A DNA stretch of 64,000 bases from Macrostomum lignano (taxonomy: Eukaryota): positions 496,001-560,000 of the forward strand of contig NIVC01000280.1 of assembly GCA_002269645.1 (NCBI GenBank). Reading direction: 5' to 3'. Position 1 is the stretch's first letter. Each line of letters begins with the position of its first letter. This document shows, piece by piece, positions 38,690 through 52,600 of the stretch. A model generated the notes under the pieces. That model did no database searches. It had not been told where the DNA came from and saw nothing but the letters and a program-made list of their open reading frames with translations. The position numbers and the translations under genes were made by a program.

Positions 38690-39297
38690 TGCAATCAGAC
38701 TGTAAACACAATGCAATCAGTGTGTAAACTCAATGTAATCAGTGTGTAAACACAATGCAATCAGACTGTAAACACAGTGCAATCCAGACTGTAAACACAA
38801 TGCAATCAGACTGTAAACGCAATGCAATCAGTGTGTAAACACAATGCAATCAGTGTGTAAACACAGTGCAATCAGTGTGCAAACTCAATCCAATCAGACT
38901 GTAAACACAGTGCAATCCAGTGTGTAAACACAATGCAATCAGTGTGTAAACACAGTGCAATCAGTGTGCAAACTCAATGCAATCAGTGTGTAAACACAGT
39001 ACAATCAGACTGTAAACACAATGCAATCAGACTGTAAACACAGTGCAATCAGACTGTAAACACAATGCAATCAGACTGTAAACACAATGCAATCAGACTG
39101 TAAACACAGTGCAATCAGACTGTAAACACAATGCAATCAGACTGTAAACACAATGCAATCAGACTGTAAACACAATGCAACCAGACTGTAAACACAATGC
39201 AATCAGACTGTAAACACAATGCAATCAGACTGTAAACACAGTGCAATCAGACTGTAAACACAATGCAATCAGACTGTAAACACAATGCAATCAGACT
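38690..39297. repeat. 22-bp minisatellite AATCAGACTGTAAACACAATGC
   Basis: Period 22. Confidence 0.95.
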
Positions 39298-39929
39298 TCC
39301 CCAAATGACGCACGCTAGTCAACTCCCAATCTGAAGTATGCTGTCGAGTTTTTTGCAATATTAGCAAAGCATTGCTGCCCTGGCCTTCACCTCAGCCACT
39401 TCAACTCCCTCGAGATTCTGGGTTTTGTGAGCTGGCGAGTTGCACCAGGTCAGCTTCCCTCATCATCTCTCCCTTGGCTACCTGATTTTTTGTCGCGAGC
39501 CGCCGCTCCTGCTCGTCACGATGGCCCTCCAGCCCGCGAACCCGGCTTCCCGGGCGCCCCTCTTCTCTGTGTGTGAGGCAGCTGGGCCGCCCGCTTCTTC
39601 ATCTATTCGTCCTCGAGTTTGTGTTCTCAAATGAGCAGGGGGCATGGCAATTGAGGCGACTGGGGGGGGGAGTTCAGGTTTGAGAAAGAAAGCGATGAGT
39701 TTCAAGTTCACTGCCTCATCGTGCGCATGCCTTTCCAGCTTCCGCTGGGACCGGGGCTTGTCTACAAATTTTGTGCGACAAATAAAGACACGAAATAGCG
39801 CGAGAAATTTAATGCTTCGACTGAAGCAATCTGAAATCAAATTGCATGAGAACTGAGAAATATTAACAGATGACAGCATGACAGCATGACTGAGAAATGA
39901 GGGTATAAGATATGGGAGCATGAGAAAAG

Positions 39930-40175
39930 GGAGGTCATGAGAAATGAGAGGTCATGGGGAATGAGAGGTCATGAGGAATGAGAGATCATGAGAAATGAGA
40001 GATCATGAGAAATGAGAGATCATGAAAAATGAGAGATCATGAGAAATGAGAGATCATGAGAAATGAGAGATCATGAGAAATGAGAGATCATGAGAAATGA
40101 GAGATCATGAGAAATGAGAGCATGAGAGATCATGAGAAATGAGAGATCATGAGAAATGAGAGCATGAAAAATGAG
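39930..40175. repeat. 17-bp minisatellite GATCATGAGAAATGAGA
   Basis: Period 17. Confidence 0.93.
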
Positions 40176-41782
40176 AACTTCATATTTTTCCTAAATAAAG
40201 CTTCATTTTTTGTATTGAAAGTTTTAACCACAGAAACTAATAGTTGAAAAATGAGATTGCAGTTAATGGCAACAATGAGAACAGTGCTTTCTAAGGAAAG
40301 CTTCCCAGATTCAGTGCCTCATCTAAAGGCAGGAATCTCCATTTCTCAAAACTGCCGAACTTGGCCGGCAGCAGGTTGGGGAGGGCGGGGAGCAGCCGGG
40401 GTTCAGGGAAAAGTTGCTCCTCCCTCCTCATGCTGGAGGATGAAGGAATGAAAAAGGAAATTGTGTGCCGATGCACCCGCTTTGGCCGATTGTGAGCTGG
40501 ACTGGGGCAGGGGGGTCCTTTCAATTTCAGACTCCCCGTCTGTCCGTCTGGGGGGTCAGGCGACCCCGGCGCCCCTGCATCCCCCACTCCCCTCCCCTCA
40601 ATCTTATTTCTCCTTCATTTTTCGAATCCTTTATTCCCTAGGAGAAGTCCAGCGTCAAAAAAAATCCCCCCAGCCAGCAGCCCGGCACTTCCCGTCCGTG
40701 GAAAAGGTTTCGCGGGAAAAAGGGCCTTAGGGTGGGGTTGGGCGTCTTTGAAATTCCCAGGAAACGCGATGCCGCGTCCAGCAGCCGGACCGGAGAGTGC
40801 GGCGGGAGGCCCCCACGCGCCCGCCGTCAGCTGAGTCGCCGGGTGCCCCGTGTCCCCCGGCCCACCGACCCTCACTTCCCCGGCCTTTCTTAGCTGCTTT
40901 CAATCAAAGCCTGATTGCTGGCTGCCTTCCAGAGCCTCTCAGCCAGCGCTCACTCAGATTCTCAACAATATAATCCTGATATTTCCTCAGAGGTATATAG
41001 TTATCCCAATTTTTAGTCAAGTGTCTGTGGCATCTCCCTAGCAACTACGGGACGTACCGATCCGACTCTCGCGCCGCAACCCCTATTTTCGATTCGGTGC
41101 GGGGCCGCATGCATTTGGAGCTTGTGTCAGAATTGGCAGAATCGCCTGCCTCATCCTTGTTGAGCTTGGGTTGATTTCGACAAAGGCGTTGCTCCATTGT
41201 GCCCCACAGCCCTCCCACGAGGAAGAGAAACCGAGGTGAAGAACTGAGTCAGCGATTATTTTTGACTTCCAAGCAAAGAAAATGGAACTCAGAGTCCGGC
41301 CCTGCGATCTCAATCAAAGATTTTGCTTGACTCAAGACTGGCAGGAAATTAGCCTTGAGAGCCGTGGCCTTTTATCCACTCACAAGGGGAGCAATGAGCT
41401 GTGATATTCACAAGGGCAGCCGCGGACTCACCTCAGAGCGACAGCAGCTGACAGAGCGGCTCTCTCTTACGCCGCCAGCAGGTGAAGTCGGCGGCCCTCT
41501 CACTCGAGCCAGCTAATACGCTTAGCAACACCGGCTGCTGCGCCAGAGAATTCGAATATTAAAGCCCTTGACTGACACAGGAAGTGGCCCGGGAAAGCGG
41601 GGGAGGGTTAGATAACAGACCAGGGAGAGGCTCAATGCAGAGACACTGCGTGCCGCGCTTGGGGGGGGAGCAGTGGGTAATAAGAGAAATAAAACACAAC
41701 AGTTTCTGAGCACCTGCTGCCTTGCTTGAGGGCGAGCCGCTGATCTTTTGATCTGGCAGTGGAGCTGGCTTTGTGCCTTTCA

Positions 41783-42349
<567 letters not shown>

Positions 42350-42636
42350 CTTCTGAGGTGATACAAACGCCGGTTCACTACAAGGTAATAATTAAAGTCA
42401 TCTGCAAAGCCGCAAGCAGACGCAGAGGTGTCTGTTTCAAAGAAACAGAAAAGTCCTGCCCTGCCCCCCAACCCAAGCAGCCAATTAGCCAGAGTAAAAA
42501 AACTGCTCCAGTCGCGAGCTGCGATCAACCGCTCCATTTCACGACTGGGTTCGCCCGAATGCAACTGGGCGCTGAAGATGCGGACCCAAAGCTCGCCTCG
42601 CTGGACAGCTTGAGGCCAGAAATTGCGAATATCTCA

Positions 42637-42825
42637 CTGACTGACTGACTGACTGACTGACTGACTGACTGACTGACTGACTGACTGACTGACTGACTGA
42701 CTGACTGACTGACTGACTGACTGACTGACTGACTGACTGACTGACTGACTGACTGACTGACTGACTGACTGACTGACTTGAGTGAGTGGGTGACTGACTG
42801 ACTGACTGACTGACTGACTGACTGA
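42637..42825. repeat. (ACTG)n microsatellite
   Basis: Direct observation. Confidence 0.97.
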
Positions 42826-44170
42826 TGGAGAGGATAAGAGAGGGTGATAGAGGGTGAGAGAGGGTGAGGAGAGAGGGTGAGGAGAGAGGGTGAGGAGAAA
42901 GGATAAGAGAGGGTGATAGAGGGTGAGAGAGGGTGAGCAGAGAGGGTGAGGAGAGAGGGTGAGAGAGGTTGAGAGAGGGTGAGGAGAGAGGGTGAGAGAG
43001 GGTGAGAGAGGGTAAGAGAGGGTAAGAGAGGATGAGGAGAGAGGGTGAGGAGAGAGGGTGAGAGAGGGTGAGACAGGGTGAGAGAGGGTGAGGAGAGAGG
43101 ATAAGAGAGGGTGATAGAGGGTGAGAGAGGGTGATAGAGGGTGAGAGAGGGTGAGGAGAGAGGGTGAGCAGAGAGGTGAGGAGAGAGGGAGAGAGAGGTG
43201 AGAGAGGGTAAGAGAGGGTGAGAGAGGGTGAGAGAGGGTGAGGAGAGAGAAAGGAGAGGGTAAGAGAAGAGAGGGTGATAGAGGGTGAGGAGAGAGGGTG
43301 AGAGAGGATAAGAGAGGGTGAGGAGAGAGGGTGAGAGCGGGTGAGAGAGGGTAAGAGAGGGTAACAGAGGATGAGAGAGGGTGAGAGAGGGTTAGATAGG
43401 GTGATAGAGGGTGAGAGAGTGTGAGGAGAGAGGGTAAGAGAGGATGAGGAGAGAGGGTGAGAGGGGTGAGTGAGGGTAAGAGAGGATGAGAGAGGGTGAG
43501 AGAGGGTGAGAGGGTGAGAGAGGTTGAGACAGGGTGAGAGAGGGTGAGAGAGGTTGAGAGAGGGTTAGATAGGGTGATAGAGGGTGAGAGAGTGTGAGGA
43601 GAGAGGGTAAGAGAGGATGAGGAGAGAGGGTGAGAGAGGGTGAGAGAGGGTGAGAGAGGTTGAGACAGGGTGAGACAGGGTGAGAGAGGTTGAGACAGGG
43701 TGAGACAGGTTGAGAGAGGGTGAGAGAGGGTGAGAGAGGGTGAGACAGGGTGAGAGAGGTTGAGAGAGGGTGAGAGAGGGTGAGAGAGGGTGAGACAGGG
43801 TGAGAGAGGTTGAGAGAGGGTGAGAGAGGGTGAGAGAGGTTGAGACAGGGTGAGACAGGGTGAGAGAGGTTGAGACAGGGTGAGACAGGTTGAGAGAGGG
43901 TGAGAGAGGGTGAGAGAGGTTGAGAGAGGGTGAGAGAGGGTGAGAGAGGGTGAGACAGGGTGAGACAGGGTGAGAGAGGGTGAGAGAGGGTGAGAGAGGG
44001 TGAGAGAGGGTGAGAGGGTGAGAGAGGGTGAGAGAGGGTGAGAGAGGGTGAGAGAGGGTGAGACAGGGTGAGAGAGGTTGAGAGAGGTTGAGAGAGGGTG
44101 AGAGAGGGTGAGAGAGGTTGAGACAGGGTGAGACAGGGTGAGAGAGGGTGAGACAGGGTGAGACAGGGTG
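42826..44170. repeat. Purine-rich 10-bp satellite AGAGAGGGTG and variants
   Basis: Period about 10 with variants. Confidence 0.95.
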
Positions 44171-45527
44171 GAGCGCGGTCTTAGCCGAAAGATGGAACCT
44201 CCCATCGTGCAGCAGATTCAGGCAGCGTCAGTCAATATTCAGAAGGCTTTCACGGCCATTCAGCTGACCCCCGAGCTCACGCAGAGTCTACAGCGGCTCT
44301 GACTTGCAGTTACAATGTATTTGCTGTTGTTTTCAAAGCGCATTTCACACGGACTGGGGCAATGCCCGGCAGGGCTCAAGATGGAAGCAAACACATGGTA
44401 TTCATTACCCCAGCCCTCCTATCAACTCAACCCATCGAGTCGGGGGGAGGCTGGCTACAGAAGCCATGCAAAAGTCTCCGCGGGCTCAGCTCGGACAAGT
44501 TTATCAGTTCGGCCGAATCTGCTCGGCCAGCCCCCCCTCCCCCAGCAGCCAGATTGCCTAATTGCCGCTTCGTGAAGTCGCATTTAGCAGACGGGCAGGC
44601 GGGTTCTGAGGCGAAGGAAGAAGAGGCTGAAAGGGAGGATGAGGAATGGAAAGGGGAGAAAGTCCATCTGTTGGACAGTGTCAGTTTTGTGCTCAGAAAC
44701 TGATAGCCCTGCAGGCAAGAAGTTGAATTTGTCACCAGCTGTGCGGTGGGGGGAGCTGGGGCTCATTAATAAATCATTACTCATCAGGTAGTTGAGTAAT
44801 GAACCACTTTCACTCCAGTCTGTAAGCTCAGCATCCATTATCCAGTCATCATTCATTCATTGTGACTTTTCCTTGCCTCGTAGCCTGACTTTTCCTCATC
44901 TCTGACAGGGCTCAGCATCCTGGGATCAGGGAGAGTTGGAAGTGCCCCATCACTCTGACATCCTGCTGGCAGTTCATTGGTCTGAGCAGTCCATTGGCCT
45001 TTCAAACCTTTTCAAAGCAACTGCTCTATCCTGGGGTGTTGCGGGAAGCAGCTTCAACTACCCTTTAGCTTCTTGAAACGGTCCAGTTTGTGCTACGCGG
45101 CACATTCCGACCTGCACACTGAGAGATGCAGGTAAGTGCTCAATACGCATAGCAACCACTTCAACTTGTATTGGACTTGTTGGCCGGGCTCAAGCCCTCA
45201 AATGCGGCGGCATCTCTTTAGCAGCTCAACAGAGCAATCAGGCCAGGTGTTCCTTGCGAGAGCCGAGCGGGCTTGATTGATTTTTCTCTTTTAGAGAATG
45301 TGCTTCTTTGCCGCTGCAAGTTTTGTTGCTTGCAACTAAAAAAATTTGTTTTCTTTCAGCGATGAGGTCTGTCAGTCATTCATTGGGGCAAGACTTGTAA
45401 AGGGATCGATGAGGTCCGCGCTGCTGAGCTGTCAGTCTGAGCTGGGAAATAAGACTGGCTGGGACACGGTTGAGTTCAGGTCAATTCAACCTGTGTTTAC
45501 CTGTGAGAGCTGTGTTTACAGGCGTTT

Positions 45528-47925
45528 AAATCAGTGTGTTTATAGTGAATTAGCCTAGATCAGTGTGTTTATAGTGAATTAGCCTAGATCAGTGTGTTTA
45601 TAGTGAATTAGCCTAGATCAGTGTGTTTATAGTGAATTAGCCTAGATCAGTGTGTTTATAGTGAATTAGCCTAGATCAGTGTGTTTATACTGGATTAGCC
45701 TAGATCAGTGTGTTTATACTGGATTAGCCTAGATCAGTGTGTTTATACTGGATTAGCCTAGATCAGTGTGTTTATACTGGATTAGCCTAGATCAGTGTGT
45801 TTATACTGGATTAGCCTAGATCAGTGTGTTTATACTGGATTAGCCTAGATCAGTGTGTTTATACTGGATTAGCCTAGATCAGTGTGTTAATACTGGATTA
45901 GCCTAGATCAGTGTGTTTATACTGGATTAGCCTAGATCAGTGTGTTTATACTGGATTAGCCTTGACTTGACTTAGCTGCAGGGCTGTCCCGGAGGGGACA
46001 CAGCGGGAAGGCGCGGGCGCCCATTCCGCTAGTCCCTGAACGGCCGACGCGTCGCTATGGACGGAGGGTTGGCGCCGCCCAGGGAGGTCCCCCAGTGTCG
46101 CCAGCAGCTATGGTGCTCTCTGGAAAGGAGAGTTCAGCCCTGCGGGTGGCCCGAAGGTAGCGCATGAGCTGATTAAAGTTTTCGGGTTTGCACGCTTCAG
46201 TAATAGATGTGTGTGGCCCGAGGTAAGTGAGTCTGGCCCGCGTGAAGGCGGGACAGATGCTGACGAAATGCTCAGCGGTTTCGTCACCTGAGTTGCAGAA
46301 ACTACAGGTGGCGTTGGTGGCGTTGCCCTGCAGGTACTGGTGCCTGGAGAAGCAGCCGTGACCAGAGAGGGTCATGGTGGCAGCCCGGATGTCTCTGCGC
46401 GAGAGGCGCAAGAGGAGCTTCCGGAGCTGGTGAGAGGGCTGAGGGACAGCGCCTCTGGATTGCCTGCAGTTCGTGCGGTTCGCCCAAGTCGAGCGGTGCT
46501 GAGTCCTGATCCACGCTTTGATGCGCGAGTCGATGACACAGCCAGGAATCGGGACAAGAGGTTCGGGGCCGAGAGAGGAGCCGGAGGCACCAACTTTTGC
46601 AAGGGTGTCAGCCAACTCATTTCCTCGGATCCCCACATGCCCCGGAACCCACTTAAGGGTAATTTTGTTGGCGGAACCCAACACATTGAGGAGTTTGATA
46701 CAGTCAAGGACTGTAGCAGAGTTGGTGCTGCAGCCACTGATGGCGTGCAAGGCAGCTTGGCTGTCCGAATGGAAAATGATGTTCTTACCAGTAACGCCAG
46801 TGGCGAGAAGCTCTGCAGTGCAGGAGCTGATGGCCAGAACTTCATTTTGGAAAACACTGGAGTTGACCCCAGTGTATTGAGCGTGGGTAGCGATGACCCT
46901 CCCGTTCAGAAAGATTCCAACACCAAAGCCGGTGTTGGCTGACTGCTTAGAACCGTCGGTGTAGCAATGAAGCTCACCAGGGTTCCAATGGTCATTGATG
47001 TTATCGCGCGAGTCGATAGCTACGGAGTAGCGCTGTCTCAGGTTGAGCGTTGAGGCAATGCCATCGGTGAAGACGCGATTGGCCTGACACTCGTTGAGAA
47101 AGTTGAGGCACAGATCGCTATGCGGGACAAGGTTCCGCTTAGCAGGTGCTCTCATGTAAATGAATTTGACGCCGGCATCAATTAGACGCCGCGTCGTTCT
47201 AGCCGCCTCACCCCTGATGAAGAGGTCAAGAGGCGGTTTATAGTGAATTAGCCTAGATCAGTGTGTTTATAGTGAATTAGCCTAGATCAGTGTTTATACT
47301 GGATTAGCCTAGATCAGTGTGTTTATACTGGATTAGCCTAGATCAGTGTGTTTATACTGGATTAGCCTAGATCAGTGTGTTAATACTGGATTAGCCTAGA
47401 TCAGTGTGTTTATACTGGATTAGCCTAGATCAGTGTGTTTATACTGGATTAGCCTAGATCAGTGTGTTTATACTGGATTAGCCTAGATCAGTGTGTTTAT
47501 ACTGGATTAGCCTAGATCAGTGTGTTTATACTGGATTAGCCTAGATCAGTGTGTTAATACTGGATTATCCTAGATCAGTGTGTTTATACTGGATTAGCCT
47601 AGATCAGTGTGTTTATACTGGATTAGTCTAGATCAGTGTGTTTATAGTGAATTAGCCTAGATCAGTGTGTTTATACTGGATTAGCCTAGATCAGTGTGTT
47701 TATAGTGAATTAGCCTAGATCAGTGTGTTTATACTGGATTAGCCTAGATCAGTGTGTTTATACTGGATTAGCCTAGATCAGTGTGTTTATATTAAATTAG
47801 CCTAGATCAGTGTGTTTATATTAAATTAGCCTAGATCAGTGTGTTTATAGTGAATTAGCCTAGATCAGTGTGTTTATATTGGATTAGCCTAGATCAGTGT
47901 GTTTATATGGCACAGATCAGTGTGT
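45528..47925. repeat. 29-bp minisatellite CCTAGATCAGTGTGTTTATACTGGATTAG, interrupted by a LINE at 45961-47236
   Basis: The same unit lies on both sides of the insertion. Confidence 0.95.
45961..47236 (-). mobile_element. 5'-truncated non-LTR retrotransposon with intact RNase H plus CCHC (I-group/LOA-like)
   Basis: Open frame from the junction (PPLDLFIRGEAA) to the stop at 46055. RNase H catalytic motifs YTDGSK, NEVLAI, HSDSQAA and WVPGHVGIRGNELAD; CSFC...EHFVSIC; (AAGTC)n tail. Confidence 0.93.
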
Positions 47926-47929
47926 TCAG

Positions 47930-48345
47930 AGAGCACAGATCAGTGTGTTTAGAGGGCATGGATCAGTGTGTTTAGAGGGCATGGATCAGTGTGTTCAGAG
48001 AGCACAGATCAGTGTGTTTAGAGGGCACAGATCAGTGTGTTCAGAGGGCACAGATCAGTGTGTTTAGAGGGCACAGATCAGTGTGTTTAGAGGGCACAGA
48101 TCAGTGTGTTTAGAGGGCACAGATCAGTGTGTTTAGAGGGCACAGATCAGTGTGTTTAGAGGGCACAGATCAGTGTGTTTAGAGGGCACAGATCAGTGTG
48201 TTTAGAGGGCACAGATCAGTGTGTTTAGAGGGCACAGATCAGTGAGTTTAGAGGGCACAGATCAGTGTGTTTAGAGAGCACAGATCAGTGTGTTTAGAGG
48301 GCACAGATCAGTGTGTTTAGAGGGCACAGATCAGTGTGTTTATGG
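47930..48345. repeat. 23-bp minisatellite CAGATCAGTGTGTTTAGAGGGCA
   Basis: Period 23; shares a core with the adjacent 29-mer. Confidence 0.95.
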
Positions 48346-48843
48346 ATGCGCCAAAACTAGCATTGAATTAAATCTTTCCGCGTGTTGCGAGTATTAGGAA
48401 AATTTTCGCTTTTATCGTCGAAACATTGGTTGCCAAGCGCCCAAGCCGGCCCATCGCAAGCCGTCATAAATATCCCGTTGCTAGGGGGGGGGGTGGATCG
48501 CGAAAACTCCCTCCTCCCCCGTTTTACCTTCTACGTAAATTCAATTGCTTTTAACTCGATTCGCTGGCACCCATAACTTCGCCGGCAGTTGGCGGGATCT
48601 GACTACCGGATGGGCCGGACTGGGACAGCGCCAGACCTGAATAGAATCTTTCGTCCGAGTGCAGACCGCGCCAACAGTTCCTGTCCGATGCCCCACATCG
48701 GGTCAGTTATCCCTAAGTCCGCTCCCACCCAAACCCCCCCCTCCCCTAGCAAATCCCAAGACGCTGAGGCACTGGCGAGGCCAAACGGCCACTTGCGGGC
48801 CAGTTGCAGTCTGCCGCCTGCCCGCCCCCGGGGCCTCCCGAAA

Positions 48844-48877
<34 letters not shown>

Positions 48878-49334
48878 CTTACGTCCACGGCTGCCCCCCC
48901 CCCCACCCAAACTACAAACAGCGCTGGCCACCAATATGCACTGCCAGATCCTCAAACTGATAGGCCGGATACACAGCTGGGGAGATTCGGGCAGTTCGAG
49001 AATCTGAAAGAAAACTGTATAGTTTAAGAACTCAATTGGGAATTCGTATTTGCAATCCTTGTCTCTTTGCTCTGTTGACACAGAATCCCGTTGAACTGCC
49101 TGCCCGCTGCCTCGGCCTGGTTGCTTCAATCTTCTAGAAGAAGAAGAAATTGCCCTCCCCCCAGAAGCAGCCTATCGCAGACCTGCACTATCTCAGCCTT
49201 CCCACGCACCTCCCAGCTTAAGAGGGAGCCCCATCAGCTCCCCTTCTCTTTCCTCGTCCATCTCTAGCCTATAAGTCCCTCAGACTCCCCCAGATTCATT
49301 CAGCGATTCGCCCGCAATCTCTGAAGCTGCCGGT

Positions 49335-49665
49335 GGAGAGGCAGCAGCAGCAGCAACGGTTGCGGACACTCCAAGGACGCAAAAACAACAAAATCACTCT
49401 CCGATCCTCTAAACGCAGAAGCAGCAACAACAGGAAAAGCAGCAAAAGCAAAAGCAACAACAGCAAAAGCAACAACAGGAAAAGCAGCAAAAGCAAAAGC
49501 AACAACAGCAAAAGCAACAACAGGAAAAGCAGCAAAAGCAAAAGCAACAACAGGAAAAGCAGCAAAAGCAAAAGCAACAACAGCAAAAGCAACAACAACA
49601 AAAGCAACAACAGCAAAAGCAACAGCAGCAAAAGCAACAAAAACGCCAAAAGCAGCAGCAGAAAA
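49335..49665. repeat. CAG/CAA/AAAAGC low-complexity repeat immediately 5' of the protocadherin ATG
   Basis: AGCAAAAGCAACAAC units. Confidence 0.88.
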
Positions 49666-49670
49666 AGAAG

Positions 49671-52600
49671 ATGTCGCGGCTACTCATTCACCTGCTGCCG
49701 CCATTGACGCTGCTTGGCGCCCTGCTGGCCCCTCCAACGACCGCCGCGTCCACCTCCGTTGTCATCAGCGCCGTCATTGACGAGGAGCTGCCGCCCGGTT
49801 CCCCAGTCGTCAGCCTCCTCGACGCCATGCGCCGCGACGGCCACCTGCTCGCGCCGGACGCCATCCCGGATTTCCGGCAGTTCAACGCCGATCCGCCAGG
49901 CTGCGAGCGCTACTTCCGGGTGGAGCCGGCCACCGGTCACGTGACCGTGCAGCACCGAGTCGACCGGGACCGGCTGTGCGCCGAGGTGTCCGCCTGCTGC
50001 AGCTCCGCCGGCGCTGACGACTCGCCCTGCCGGCTCACCCTGCAGGTGCAGTCGGACCGCGAGTTCTCCCACATCGTCACCCTGGCCGTGCAGATCGTCG
50101 ACCTGAACGACAACGCGCCCAGATGGAGCTCCGTGGAGCTGACCAGGGAGTTCAGCGAGGCCGCGCAGCCGGGCGAATTTCGCAGCCTGCCGCTGGCCGA
50201 GGACGCCGACTCGCCGCGGCTGTCGGTGCAGCGCTACGCCCTGTTGCCCCCGGCGCCGGCCGAGTTTGGCCTGGAGTTCCGGCCAGGCGCCGCGGCCACT
50301 GGCGCCGATCCGGCCTCGGCGCCGTCGCTGCGCCTGACGCTGAAATTGCCGCTGGACCGAGAGGCCAAGGACTCCTACGAATTTGGATTGGCCGCATTTG
50401 ACGGCGGCAGCCCGCCGAGGAATGGCACCGTCAGGCTGCGGATTCTCGTGGCTGACGAGAACGACGAGGTGCCCACGTTCGACAAGCCGACGTACGAGGC
50501 CGACATCCGGGAGGACGCACCAATGGGGCGAGAGGTGAGTGGCTGAGGGTATGAGATTCTCTGTTTATTAGATGAGATTCTCTTCTATTGGTGTGAGATT
50601 CTCTTCTATTGATGTGAGATTCTCTTCTATTGGGGTGAGACTATTCCATTGATGTGAGATTCTCTACTGAGGTGAGATTCTCTTCTATTAAGGTGAGATT
50701 CTTCTATTGAGGTGAGATTATCTACTAAGGTGAGATTCTCTTCTATTGGCGTGAGATTCTTCTATTGAGTTGAGATTCTCTACTAAGGTGAGATTCTCTT
50801 CTATTGGCGTGAGATTCTTCTATTGAGGTGAGATTCTCTTCTACTGAGGTGAGATTCTCTTTTGCTCAGGTGAGATTCTCTTATATTGGGTGAGATTATC
50901 TTTTGTTTGGCGTGAGATTCTCTTATATTGTGTGAGATACTCTTCTGTTGGGGTGAAATTCTCTTCTATTGGGGTGAGATTCTTTTCTATTGAGGTTAGA
51001 TTCTCTTCTATTGGAGTGAGGTTTTCTTCTATTGAGGTGAGATTCTCTTCTGTTGGGGTGAGATTCGGTGACCAAAATTTAGCTTTAAGTCAGTTTTTTT
51101 CGTGCTTTAAATGCTTCAAGAGCGCAATATTGTCGGGAGCTGCTGCCAAACTCGTGTCAGCCACAGAAATAAAGTGAAGTTGGAAATCTTAGAAACGCGT
51201 CTTCCCGGCCTGTCCTCCCGGCTCCCACCCCCCCCCCCCCAAATCACGTGACAGTCGCCAACGTCAAAGTCGCGAGCTCAAAATTTTTCGTTTCCGCTAC
51301 GCCGGTTCCCCAGCAGCTGCTCCCCCCAGCTGCCCTGTGACTCCGTATCTCATTTTCTCTTATCATCCGCTTCTCTGCTGGCCTTGCCTGTCTAGAAGTC
51401 TCTTGTTGTTGCTGCTCCTAGAAGCCAAGCAAGAGATCTTCGCTGAAGCTTCCAATTTCTACTAGCGCTGGCAAATTCTGGGAGCGAAGTGTAGGCGGCG
51501 GGAAGTCACGCGAGATGGCGAGGGAAGTCAGCTGAAGAAGGAACTGTTGGGAAGTTTATTTTATAGATGGCCTTCTTTGTGAGAGATAATCCTTCGGTAG
51601 CATAACTACTGGCTTATTACGAGTATTAAGGTGCGCTAAAGCTTTCAGAAAGACTTTTCGAAAGACTTGTTCGAACGAAATCGGTAAAGGCAGTGTTAAC
51701 TCGGACTACCTCGCATGTCATTGTGGATCACTCCAAAATGCGGGAGGAAGCAGATATTCTTCGTTGTATACAATGTACTTTGATGATGCTCTTGTTCCTA
51801 AGGTGAGACTTTTTCTAAGGTGAGATTCTTGTGCCTAAGGTGAGATTCTTGTGCCTAACGTGAGATTCTTGTTCCTAAGGTGAGATTCTTGTTCCTAAGG
51901 TGAGATTCTTGTTCCTAAGGTGAGACTTTTTCTAAGGTGAGATTCTTGTGCCGAAGGTGAGATTCTTGTGCCTAACGTGAGATTCTTGTGCCTAAGGTGA
52001 GATTCTTGTTCCTAAGGTGAGATTCTTGTGCCTAAGATGAGATTCTTGTGCCTAAGGTGAGATTCTTGTGCCTAAGGTGAGATTCTTGTTCCTAAGGTGA
52101 GATTCTTGTTCCTAAGGTGAGATTCTTGTTCCTAAGGTGAGATTCTTGTGCCTAAGGTGAGATTCTTGTGCCTAAGGTGAGATTCTTGTTCCTAAGGTGA
52201 GATTCTTGTTCCTAAGGTGAGATTCTTGTTCCTAAGGTGAGATTCTTGTTTCTGAGGTGAGATTCTTGTTCCTAAGGTGAGACTTTTTCTAAGGTGAGAT
52301 TCTTGTGCCGAAGGTGAGATTCTTGTGCCTAACGTGAGATTCTTGTGCCTAAGGTGAGATTCTTGGGCCTAACGTGAGATTCTTGTTCCTAAGGTGAGAT
52401 TATTGTGCCTAAGGTGAGATTCTTGTGCCTAACGTGAGATTCTTGTTCCTAAGGTGAGATTCTTGTGCCTAAGGTGAGATTCTTGTTCCTAAGGTGAGGT
52501 TCTTGTGCCTAAGGTGAGATTCTTGTTCCTAAGGTGAGATTCTTGTGCCTAAGGTGAGATTCTTGTGTCTAAGGTGAGATTCTTGTTCCTAAGGTGAGAT

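Noticed and set aside
44584-44856. Kinase hinge-like string LTDWSESGSLLNYL
   Set aside because: No other kinase subdomains or supporting splice-linked exons were found nearby.
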